From a virus (Duplodnaviria > Caudoviricetes): a stretch of DNA of 64,000 nucleotides. The stretch is from the IMG/VR virus record IMGVR_UViG_3300031992_000007, positions 32,001-96,000 of that record. The stretch is one strand, 5' to 3'. The notes under the pieces were generated by a model that searched no databases, was not told the origin of the DNA, and worked only from the letters and a program-made list of their open reading frames with translations. How positions within the stretch are numbered: position 1 is the stretch's first letter; each line of letters opens with the position of its first letter. Shown here piece after piece: positions 19,627 to 28,609 of this stretch. The position numbers and the translations under genes were made by a program.

Positions 19627-20678
19627 CTTGTTATTCTCTCGATAATGAATTTGTTCGCGACGATATCGTCAGCGAATCTGTCCATCTTCTTCTTGAGATT
19701 CGGACCACCGAACTTGAGAAGATTCATGAACAGTGGGTTCTTGCCTCCTCTCACATTATTAAGAAGGAGGTAGACGAAGTAAGGAGGATAGTCCATGGCG
19801 AACATCATGTTCTGGCTGTCCATCGGTGAACGAGACATGAGAACGTACAACATCCTCTCGTTGATCTTCTGCATGCGCAGAGGACCGTGTTTCCGGATGA
19901 GCTCGCAGATAACTGCGATGTTGAATTCACCACCTGGTGCGATCTTCTTCCTCGTCTCTGCTACCTGCTCGAAACGTCTGTACATATCCTGCATCGATCC
20001 ACCTTCATAGAGGAACGTGCAGCGATTGAGCAGCGGAGGAACATCCTGTTTGGCTGCTTTGGGATCGTCGAGCATCTGCGCGATGTAAGCTGCAAACATC
20101 GTCCTGACGAAATTGTACTCCTCGAGGTTGTTCAAGTTGAACAGACCTTTGAGGTGCATCGCGAACAGGGCAGAGTAAGCCTCGATAACAGGAACACTAA
20201 GTGCCGGAGGGAGCCACGTGTCAGAGTCATTGTAACTCATGCAGAGCAAGCCCTTAGTAACCAAATTGGCGAATCTGGTTACGTTAGCAACCTGTAAATT
20301 CCTATTATATGCATCGCGCCTTGAAAGGATTGGGGTTAGATTTACCCAAACTTTCTGGTAGGCCGGTGGCATGGACTTTGCGATGTACTTTCCGTCAATG
20401 GAAATGTCTTCCAAAGTAAGAACTGTCGGAATGTCTGCCAAGCCAGTGGTGTCGAACATCACGAACTCGCGCAGCTTCCCTAGGCTCATTGCCTTGTTGT
20501 AGATCTCGATGAGTGGAGTGGATACAGTCGGCTTCACGGTCGACTGTAGGTACTCTATTCCGTCGAGTCCCAAGACAGACGCTCGATTTTTCGCCAAAAA
20601 AGTCGCAGCCTCCACGCCGCGTTTACTAAGGTCTAAGCTGACCCCGTAAGGGGTCTCCGAAAGTGTGAGTTTATTCAT
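19623..20678 (-). CDS. virion structural protein (phiKZ gp28-like)
   Basis: AGGAG SD before MNKLTLSE; AMDYPPYF motif; divergent from the sheath gene as in phiKZ. Confidence 0.6.
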   Translation of the reverse strand: MNKLTLSETPYGVSLDLSKRGVEAATFLAKNRASVLGLDGIEYLQSTVKPTVSTPLIEIYNKAMSLGKLREFVMFDTTGLADIPTVLTLEDISIDGKYIAKSMPPAYQKVWVNLTPILSRRDAYNRNLQVANVTRFANLVTKGLLCMSYNDSDTWLPPALSVPVIEAYSALFAMHLKGLFNLNNLEEYNFVRTMFAAYIAQMLDDPKAAKQDVPPLLNRCTFLYEGGSMQDMYRRFEQVAETRKKIAPGGEFNIAVICELIRKHGPLRMQKINERMLYVLMSRSPMDSQNMMFAMDYPPYFVYLLLNNVRGGKNPLFMNLLKFGGPNLKKKMDRFADDIVANKFIIERITR

Positions 20679-20763
20679 ACTTTTCTCCTGAAAAGGCGAA
20701 GTAAAAACTATGGTCTTTTGCGAGACTATAGCATGGTTCAAAGAACAAAAAGGAATAAATCAA

Positions 20764-23667
20764 ATGTCAACTGTTGCTCCTTATCCTCACGTAGAGATTG
20801 GGGTCAGAGACGAGTCGATTTACATCCCTATTGACACTGAGGACATGCCGCTTTCGCAGCCGCTGTACTTCATGCGTGCCAAGAAGGGCCCTGTCGGGGT
20901 TCCTGTCTGGTGCGTGTCGTACGACGTAGCCTGCAGGGTGTTCGGCGCGGACACCTTCAACAAGCGCAGTCCGTACTTCTCGGAACAGGCGAAGTTCTTG
21001 CTCCAGACGTTCCCGATGAACGGCGCATGGATTATGCGTGTTGCCGGTCCGACGGTCACGTCCGCTGATATCCAGATCGAAGTGGGTATCTCTAAGGAGA
21101 CGGTCGATGTTCCGCAGTGGCAGAGGGACGAGAACGGCGCATTCGTTCTCGAACTCGACGGATCGAAGATTCCGATCAACGATGAGGGCAAGCCGTGCGA
21201 GAAGATAGAGAATCCTGATCACAAGGCTATCTATCGTCGCGCGACTGAAACGATCGCTATCCAGGGTCGTACCTACTTCACGCGCGATGCGAATCGTTCC
21301 TACGCTGCTATCAACCGTAGGGATCGTCGTATCAAGGACGTTGAGTATTTCGCTGGTAACGGCACGCCTACTCTGGCTGTTGTCGATACTGCCACAGAGA
21401 CTGAGCCTAAGGCTGGTGTCCGTTACTTCGAGTTGGACATCACGGGTGAAGAGGGTGCTGAGACGTATGCTGCGAAGTATATCGTCGATCTGACCGCTTT
21501 CGATAGCGAGAAGACATACCTCAAGCTCACGGGCTGGTCCGGTGGTTACACGGCAGTCACGACTGTCGATGATGGTTCTGGTACGCAGGTTGGTCCTGTG
21601 CTTCCGCAGATCCCCGTTGGTAACACGCAGGGTGATCGCTTCGTCAAGATTCAGGAGAACGTCAGCCTCAAGCTCGTTGAGGTCGATGGCGGTTACGCTG
21701 TCGATGCTTCTGATTCCGAGACGGCTGCGGCGTACGGTTCGTACTTCTTCATGGGTACGCTCGACGAGACCGATCCTTACACGTACACGAACGCTGAGGT
21801 TCCGGCTGGCACGTACATCGCTGACACCGAACTCTACTACTTCTACGGCTGGCTTGATGACTACACTCTCGAGCCGCAGGCCAAGATCCCTGGTCGCAAG
21901 CTTGTGTGGCGTGCTCGTGTCGCGGATCGCTCCGCTGATACTGGTCGTGCCGTTGGCAAGTTCAAGACCTACGAGACCGAGAACTTCAAGTGGTATCCAG
22001 TCGTGGATATCGTTGCGGAGAACCCGGGTAAGTGGGGCGAGTCGTTCGGTATTCGTCTGTACTTCGACAAGGATCGCAACACGATTGCGCTCCAGCAGCA
22101 GAACGGTGCTGTCAACTACACGGTTGCTCCTATCGAGCTTCTCGATGGTGACACGCTCCCGACGGCGGTTGTGTCGTCGACACAGGACATCTGCGTTGTC
22201 GGTACGATGCGTGACGGAGTTGTTGACCTCGAGACCGACGTTGACCTCTCGCTCAACAAGCGTATCCCGAACATGTACAAGGGCCTGCAGACCCTTCCGA
22301 TCAAGATCGTTCCGGTCTCCGAGGCTTGGAATGCTATCGGTAAGGAGTTGATGGCTGCTGAAATCTCGCAGGAAGCCCGTCGTGAGATCAAGCGTCTCTA
22401 TCCGACGTTCCGCACTGTTGTGGACACTGAGGGTACCGAAACGCCTGAGACCTTCGTGGATGCTCTCTACGGCAAGGTCGTCACTGACATGGCTGATGTT
22501 GGCGAGCTCGATGGTCACATGGCTAACCCGCTCAGCTGCATGGATGCGGAAGAGATTCCGTACTTCACGACGGCTGTTGTGGACAGCGATGATGAACTCG
22601 TTACTGCCGACTCGCGTATCGATGTTGCGAAGGTCTATGTCCCGGCGCAGTCTGTCCCGATTTACCTCGGCGGCGGTAACGACGGCGATATCCTCGATAA
22701 CGACATCGAGAAGTACATCCGTGCGCAGATCAAGGCTGGCCAGGGTGGTACGCAGGAATATCTCCTCGACTATCCGCGCTGCCCGTTCAACGCAATCTAC
22801 GACTCTGGTGTGTCGGTGAAGACGAAGAAGGCGTACATCGACATGATGGCCTTCCGCGACAACGTTGTGATCAACCTGGCTACTCAGACGACCTGGCGTA
22901 CGGCGACGAATGAGGAATACTCGCTCAACGGTGAGTACCCGAACAATCGCTCGGACGACGAGTCGATCGGTGCGTCGCTTCGCTCCTATGCGTGGCTGAT
23001 GCGTGAGGACGTGAACAATGGTACGGAAGCGTGCCGTTGCAAGATCTTCCTTCATGCTGGTAAGATCAGTGGTTTCGATGGCTGGGTACCTGCGACCCTC
23101 TGGATCGCGATGAAGGATGCCGAGTATCTGAACCTCGATCACATCGATCAGGAGCCTGCTGGCCTGCCTAACTCGGCGGTCACTTGCTTCACTGAGGTGT
23201 CGTGGCGTGCTGGAACTGCGGACACGCAGAGCCGTTGCTGGAATGCTGGTCTCAACTACTGGCAGTCTTACGACAAGGATACGGCTGATGGTCAGGCGCG
23301 TCTGCACTACGCTGCGCTCCGTACTGTCTACCGCTACGAGACTTCTGTTCTCGTCGACTCGGGCGTTGTGAACGCGCTCTGCTTCTCTAAGGACATCGTC
23401 CGCAAGAGCTGGGCTAAGTTCTCTGGCGTCAAGATGTGGTCGGCTGAGCTGAATGCTCGTGTCACCAAGGACCTTACTCAGCGTCTCAGCTACATGCTGA
23501 ACGGTAAGTATACGGCCGAGGTGAATGTGTATCAGACTGATGAAGACGTCAAGCTCGGTTATACGCGCCACGTCGACATCATCCTGACTTCGCCCGCTAC
23601 CAACCGCGTCTGGCAGACCACTATCATCTGTCGTCGTGAGGGTTACGATCCCAATGCGGCTGAGTAA
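20764..23667 (+). CDS. tail sheath protein (phiKZ gp29-like) with a large insertion
   Basis: GVRDES, KKGP, FGADTF, NPGKWG, YLGGGNDG, IYDSG motifs; strongly biased codon usage. Confidence 0.88.
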   Translation: MSTVAPYPHVEIGVRDESIYIPIDTEDMPLSQPLYFMRAKKGPVGVPVWCVSYDVACRVFGADTFNKRSPYFSEQAKFLLQTFPMNGAWIMRVAGPTVTSADIQIEVGISKETVDVPQWQRDENGAFVLELDGSKIPINDEGKPCEKIENPDHKAIYRRATETIAIQGRTYFTRDANRSYAAINRRDRRIKDVEYFAGNGTPTLAVVDTATETEPKAGVRYFELDITGEEGAETYAAKYIVDLTAFDSEKTYLKLTGWSGGYTAVTTVDDGSGTQVGPVLPQIPVGNTQGDRFVKIQENVSLKLVEVDGGYAVDASDSETAAAYGSYFFMGTLDETDPYTYTNAEVPAGTYIADTELYYFYGWLDDYTLEPQAKIPGRKLVWRARVADRSADTGRAVGKFKTYETENFKWYPVVDIVAENPGKWGESFGIRLYFDKDRNTIALQQQNGAVNYTVAPIELLDGDTLPTAVVSSTQDICVVGTMRDGVVDLETDVDLSLNKRIPNMYKGLQTLPIKIVPVSEAWNAIGKELMAAEISQEARREIKRLYPTFRTVVDTEGTETPETFVDALYGKVVTDMADVGELDGHMANPLSCMDAEEIPYFTTAVVDSDDELVTADSRIDVAKVYVPAQSVPIYLGGGNDGDILDNDIEKYIRAQIKAGQGGTQEYLLDYPRCPFNAIYDSGVSVKTKKAYIDMMAFRDNVVINLATQTTWRTATNEEYSLNGEYPNNRSDDESIGASLRSYAWLMREDVNNGTEACRCKIFLHAGKISGFDGWVPATLWIAMKDAEYLNLDHIDQEPAGLPNSAVTCFTEVSWRAGTADTQSRCWNAGLNYWQSYDKDTADGQARLHYAALRTVYRYETSVLVDSGVVNALCFSKDIVRKSWAKFSGVKMWSAELNARVTKDLTQRLSYMLNGKYTAEVNVYQTDEDVKLGYTRHVDIILTSPATNRVWQTTIICRREGYDPNAAE

Positions 23668-23691
23668 TCCAACACGAAAGGAGATTGAAAA

Positions 23692-24636
23692 ATGGCAAGT
23701 TACGAAAACTTTCTTAAGAACAAGAAGGTTCTTACGCCGGATGGTGGCATAGTCTCTGACCTCATCACAGGTGGTCAGCTCGGTTACGGTTACAAGGCCT
23801 CTGGCTTCGACGCCGCGACCCCGCTGGCTCTTCCGCCTGCGTTCATCGTCGTCCTTCAGACTCCTACGATGTGGGATAACCTGAATGACGAGGGTGTGCT
23901 TCGTCAGACTGTGAAGTGTCTCTTCGAGACACACGCCAAAGCGGTCACTGGTATCGATGCGAACTACACGCTCGAGAATCAGGGTCAGCCTGTCGGTCAC
24001 GACTCGCAGGAACTCAAGGTTCCGACGCGCTCCACTCGTGCTCCTGTTGATCCGAACTTCACCTGGAGTGAGGTCACGGGTAACCTGGTGTGGCGTGTCA
24101 TGCATCGCTGGATCTGGGATATTTCCAACCCGGATACTGGTACGGCGTTCGAGCACGAAGGTGCCAACGTCAGTGAGGCTGCGCTCAATACGTACACGAT
24201 GTCCTCGTATGCGTTGACGTTCGCGGTTCTCCAGTACGACAAGACGATGCATCCTGATCGTATGCTGGATGGCTCGATCATCACCAACGTCTACCCGACG
24301 ACCACTGGTGAGTTCGGTATGGAGAGGACGGAGGGAACCACGAAGGTTCCTGAGCGTGCTATCGCCTTCACTGGTTACATCATTCACAACGAGCGTACGA
24401 AGGAGATCGCCCGTACCATCGCCAAGAGCATCAAGCTCCGTGGTGAGACGTACAAGGTCGCCCGTGCGAACGTAGATGACAATGTGCCGGTCAGCCAGCT
24501 GCTCGGTACAGTTGGTCTGGGTGACAATATCCAGCTCACGCGTACCGCCGAGCGTAAAGACTGGAACATCGCTGCTCCTAGCGGTGAGAAGGGTCCTACG
24601 AATCAGCTCAACTACCCGTACGCGATCAAAGGTTAG
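23692..24636 (+). CDS. tail tube protein (phiKZ gp30-like)
   Basis: Follows the sheath; LFETHAKAVTGI, PNFTWSEVTGN; GGAG SD. Confidence 0.8.
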   Translation: MASYENFLKNKKVLTPDGGIVSDLITGGQLGYGYKASGFDAATPLALPPAFIVVLQTPTMWDNLNDEGVLRQTVKCLFETHAKAVTGIDANYTLENQGQPVGHDSQELKVPTRSTRAPVDPNFTWSEVTGNLVWRVMHRWIWDISNPDTGTAFEHEGANVSEAALNTYTMSSYALTFAVLQYDKTMHPDRMLDGSIITNVYPTTTGEFGMERTEGTTKVPERAIAFTGYIIHNERTKEIARTIAKSIKLRGETYKVARANVDDNVPVSQLLGTVGLGDNIQLTRTAERKDWNIAAPSGEKGPTNQLNYPYAIKG

Positions 24637-24674
24637 CGTAAGAACTTCGATCTACAAAGTCAAGTTCAACATCT

Positions 24675-24719
24675 CCATCCTGGGCCCTCACGGGTCCAGG
24701 ATGGGATCTTTTTCTTTTT
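24675..24719 (+). terminator. intrinsic terminator of the sheath/tube operon
   Basis: CCATCCTGGGCCC-tcac-GGGTCCAGGATGG followed by TCTTTTTCTTTTT. Confidence 0.85.
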
Positions 24720-24722
24720 GTT

Positions 24723-25695
24723 AGGTGGGACAGGATTGGAATACCCATTTGTGAACTATGGGGATCCATCCAGCTCCATGATAAAGGTAATAAACCATAG
24801 AGGGAAATACTCTGCGGATTTTACTCAAGGACAATCGATCTTAAGTGCTCCTGGATGGCTCTCCAGGTGGGTACTTATACAGAACAGATGTAGATATATT
24901 CAACTACAGTGAAGGAGGCATTAGCGACCTAGGTAGATGTGGAATATGGGATTCTGTTACAACACATCCAATACAGAAAACCAGATGGCTCTCCAAGGTG
25001 GAGAGTATCTATACGTCAATCCACGAAACAACTTGTCTGCACGGGTAACGCAAATTAAATATGATGGCACCAGAGAATTTATTCCATATAACTCGAATAA
25101 ATCTAAAGAACAGAACGAATTGGTGATATGGCTCTCCTAGTGATGTGAGAGGTAGTACGTGGCAGTATGCAGCATCTAGAATAGGTGTTCAAGGTAGGTA
25201 CGGAGAATGGACTAATATTTGGAACTGGCCATACAGCTCTCGGTCTTATGAATCACCAGTAAGAGAGTTAAGGCTCTCCCAGGGAGGTGTAGGAATGCAT
25301 AGACCAGATGGAGACAATGGAAATCCTTGGGTATGTGGATCTACAACTGTAAACAACATTGGACAACCTCTGACGTATTACTCGAGAGTTAATCTTGGCG
25401 CAGATTCTGTGAAGAAAGTAGTAAGGCTCTCCCACTCATAGGTGCAGCAGATTTCGGATTAATGATGTTGACTGTGGGCTACCCTATGGGTTATGCAGAT
25501 CATGGAAACCAAGGAGTCGATCATCCTGACAGACCTAGATTTCAAAGGCTCTCCGCCGGAGGTGGAAATGAGATTAGACCTTTTGGATCAATTATTGACT
25601 TTAACGGTCAACTCGATTACCTAGGAAATGGGTGGGTATATTTCTTACCAAATGATCCGTTATGGACCAATAAGTCTTATTCTAAAAGGCTCTCC
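24723..25695 (+). repeat. array of 7 variable coding cassettes bounded by AGGT and WGGCTCTCC
   Basis: GGCTCTCC at 24857, 24987, 25130, 25272, 25425, 25547, 25688 (spacing 122-153 bp); in-frame GGT codons, each preceded by A, at 24724, 24866, 24997, 25151, 25286, 25441, 25561; no stops in the cassette frame. Confidence 0.9.
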
Positions 25696-25740
25696 AAAAA
25701 TAAAAACATAGGGTAGGGTGGGCACGAAGCCCACCCTACC
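25696..25740 (-). terminator. intrinsic terminator of the portal gene
   Basis: GGTAGGGTGGGC-acgaa-GCCCACCCTACC with a T tract (TTTTTATTTTT) downstream on the minus strand. Confidence 0.85.
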
Positions 25741-25755
25741 TCTATTTCGAAGGCC

Positions 25756-28569
25756 TTACATATCGAAGTTGAGTTCGTCTCCACCTCCACCACCTTCGCC
25801 TCCCTCACCGCCTTCTCCACCTGTTTCACCACCTTCCTCTGTACCAGAGTCAGTAGTGGTCGTTTCAGATGTAGGAGTGTAAGTAGACCCAGCACCTTCA
25901 CCGTTGTTGGTCTGATCAGCAAGTTGGTTAAGTCCCATCTTGGCGATGTTGTCCATACGACGTTTGAAGTTGTTGAGGAACATAATGAGTTTGGCAGGCT
26001 GTTCAGTAGAGATCTCCTCGATATCAGGAATGTCAGCGATCTCATGGAACCCAAGACGAGGCAAGAAGTCTCGAATGAGCTTAGCCTTAGCGACTGCTCT
26101 GACCGAAGCCATAAGAGACCTGACGTCGTCATTAGGAGCGACATCATCAGGATAGATGCACTCGAGTATCTTGTCTATAGCGTCAACCTGAGCATTGATC
26201 TCCTCGAAGTGAGCTTTGTTACCAACCATATTCGGCGGAGGAAGAAGGAGTTCGACAGTGCCTATAACTCTCTTAAGAGCTTCCTCTACATCCTCATCGT
26301 TGGAAGGATCCTGAGTTGTAACTTCCTTCTCATCGTCCTTCTCGGCTTCTTCGATACCGACCTTAGTCTTAGTCTTCTTGCCATCCTTGTCATCGTGGAT
26401 GATCTTGCGGATCTCTTCCAGCAGGCTATCATGAGCCAGGATGTAGTTCATCAAGAAGATCTTGACCTGAGGTTTGATCATGTTCTGCCAGTTACGGACA
26501 GCATTGGAGAAGAACAGGTTGGAAGTCGCAACAGACCTGGAATATTCAGCCTCACTGAGCTGATTGAGAACAGAAGGAGGAACCTTAAGGGCAATACCTA
26601 TCCAGTTGTTCAGAGTATCCATCAAGTCCTGATCAGGAGCTTGAGACTGACCATACGAAGTCTCAGTTGTGATGTTCAGGTCATCCGTGTTACCAAGGAG
26701 GCCTTTAGGCACAATAGAGAGATGTTGATTCAGGATGTTCTCTGCAGCAGTTGAAGGATCAGTCGGGAACTGAGGAACCTTCTTAGCCATCCAGGCATTG
26801 CGGACGATATTGAGAGTGCCCAGAACATTCTGGTTCTTCTCATCGACGTTCACCTCGATACGTCTATGCTTGGTGGCGTTGTCCACAGCCGCCATGATCT
26901 TGGCTATGGTCAACGTAACACGCAGACCAAGCAGATAGGCTATGTCCTCAAGGAAGGTCTTGCCTGTACCATCCTCACGATGAGCGAACCTGATGTAGGT
27001 CATCATCGGTGCAGGGACGAATACAAGTTTGATCTTGTTCTTGGCAAGGAGATTGAAGAACAGACACTTACCCACAGCTTCGTGGACATGAATGTCCAGT
27101 CCAGTAAGACCCTGCTTCTTAAGCTTAGACTCAAGAAGGTGGTTGACAGCGACAGCGAAGACTTGCGTCATCTGCTGAAGCACATCACTAGTCTGTACAC
27201 CAGACTCCTTGTAGGTCTGCATGGTTATGCCGCCATAGACAGCCTTAGCTGCATTGGTAGCAAGCTTGTTGGTAGCATCGGTTGTAACACCACCATTGAA
27301 GACATAGTTACCACGAGCAGGTTGACCATTCTCATCCAGAGCAATGTAGTAGCCAATGTGGTTCTTGTTATCCCTAGGAGCACAGACAGGAATGACTGCG
27401 TCACAGGGAAACTCAATCACGATAGGCATATCGTTCTCGGCTGTCTTGATAACATCCGAAACAGTGTACACTGGGAGTTGGGGTCTTCCAGTTGCATCAT
27501 CAGTGGGATTGAACCCACGAATCAGAGACATGGCTTCCCTGGTAAGTTCATCCAATTTAGCACTGGCTTCTTTCCTACCTTTAGTAAGCTGACGGATGTC
27601 CCTGGTGATGGTTATTGCATCGTGGTTGTCACTCGTTCTGAGAAGTTTGAAGGCTCCTTTAGCAAGGGCTTTAGCAAGCTGATCAGCTGAGGAGTAAAGT
27701 TTCTTTTCGGATTCCGACTTACCCTCAAGGGAGATGTGTTCTTTACCAGCGTTGCTCTTCTCGATGAGAGCAGCAGCCAGTGTCTCCATAGAGGCTTCCA
27801 GTTCCGAGAAGTTTTCAGGGATATCCATCTCATCAAGAGAGGGGACATTACTCTCTGTAGCAACTCCATCCGGAAGTTTCTTCTTAACAGTCGACCAGCT
27901 AGAGAAATCAACAAGACTCTCTGTAGATGTTACAGCATTGTGCTCATTCTCGAATTCCCTCTTGGCATCCTGGAACTTCTTAAGGGTTTCAGGATCCCAC
28001 TTATCAGCAACCACATTGAGAATATCGAGTTGGTTCTTGGGGAGAACAAGGACAGGTTTAGCACCCTCTTCGAATCCAGCACAACCTAGCCACTCGGCCA
28101 ACCTAGGGCCAAGGGCATACTCCTTGTTGAAATAGTCAGTGAGCTTGGAAGAAATACTTGCATTGACAGACTCGTCCAAACCAGGATGATTAACCTGGAT
28201 GGCAATACTGTCAGTCTGCATCTCCAGAGGTGAGATAATGGAGGAGACGATAATCATCCTTGCATGATCGATCTCAGGAGCCATGATCTTCAAATTCTTC
28301 AGCTCGTCGATCGTCTTCCTAGTATTGGCGGAGATATCCGTCAACGTAGTCATGATCGCATCTTCAGTAAGCTGATCACGCTTCTTCTGAGCACGGTTCT
28401 GAAGAATACCGTCCAGGTGTCTAAGTTCTTGGGTTGAGAACATACCGAAGTGGGCAGTTTCCTCTGTTCCACGTCGACTGTCCGAGATCTCAGCGCTATT
28501 GTTGGTGCCGAAGAATCTTGCGACTCTCGACATCATTCTGTATGCACCTTCAGTAATACTTGACGCCAT
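25756..28569 (-). CDS. portal protein (phiKZ gp129-like)
   Basis: IIVSSIISP, AVIPVC..NHIGYYIALDENGQP, EDGTGKTFLED motifs; STES/ATES/SME/SLE processing sites; acidic C-terminal tail. Confidence 0.8.
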   Translation of the reverse strand: MASSITEGAYRMMSRVARFFGTNNSAEISDSRRGTEETAHFGMFSTQELRHLDGILQNRAQKKRDQLTEDAIMTTLTDISANTRKTIDELKNLKIMAPEIDHARMIIVSSIISPLEMQTDSIAIQVNHPGLDESVNASISSKLTDYFNKEYALGPRLAEWLGCAGFEEGAKPVLVLPKNQLDILNVVADKWDPETLKKFQDAKREFENEHNAVTSTESLVDFSSWSTVKKKLPDGVATESNVPSLDEMDIPENFSELEASMETLAAALIEKSNAGKEHISLEGKSESEKKLYSSADQLAKALAKGAFKLLRTSDNHDAITITRDIRQLTKGRKEASAKLDELTREAMSLIRGFNPTDDATGRPQLPVYTVSDVIKTAENDMPIVIEFPCDAVIPVCAPRDNKNHIGYYIALDENGQPARGNYVFNGGVTTDATNKLATNAAKAVYGGITMQTYKESGVQTSDVLQQMTQVFAVAVNHLLESKLKKQGLTGLDIHVHEAVGKCLFFNLLAKNKIKLVFVPAPMMTYIRFAHREDGTGKTFLEDIAYLLGLRVTLTIAKIMAAVDNATKHRRIEVNVDEKNQNVLGTLNIVRNAWMAKKVPQFPTDPSTAAENILNQHLSIVPKGLLGNTDDLNITTETSYGQSQAPDQDLMDTLNNWIGIALKVPPSVLNQLSEAEYSRSVATSNLFFSNAVRNWQNMIKPQVKIFLMNYILAHDSLLEEIRKIIHDDKDGKKTKTKVGIEEAEKDDEKEVTTQDPSNDEDVEEALKRVIGTVELLLPPPNMVGNKAHFEEINAQVDAIDKILECIYPDDVAPNDDVRSLMASVRAVAKAKLIRDFLPRLGFHEIADIPDIEEISTEQPAKLIMFLNNFKRRMDNIAKMGLNQLADQTNNGEGAGSTYTPTSETTTTDSGTEEGGETGGEGGEGGEGGGGGDELNFDM

Positions 28570-28609
28570 TGTATGTCCTTGCCTTTCTATAAGAAAAGGA
28601 GAAGTAGAA

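Noticed and set aside
20767-24387. 1206 aa minus-strand ORF
   Set aside because: Antisense shadow of the strongly codon-biased sheath and tube genes; no recognisable motifs.
24723-25695. Cassette array as a CRISPR array
   Set aside because: The repeat is only 8-9 bp and non-palindromic, the spacers are >110 bp and frame-preserving, and no cas genes are in the window.
24718-25716. The five short plus-strand ORFs called here as real genes, or one gene under a recoded genetic code
   Set aside because: They lack convincing SD/start signals and are chance fusions of cassette frames. The junctions are frame shifts, not read-through stops, and flanking genes are intact under the standard code.
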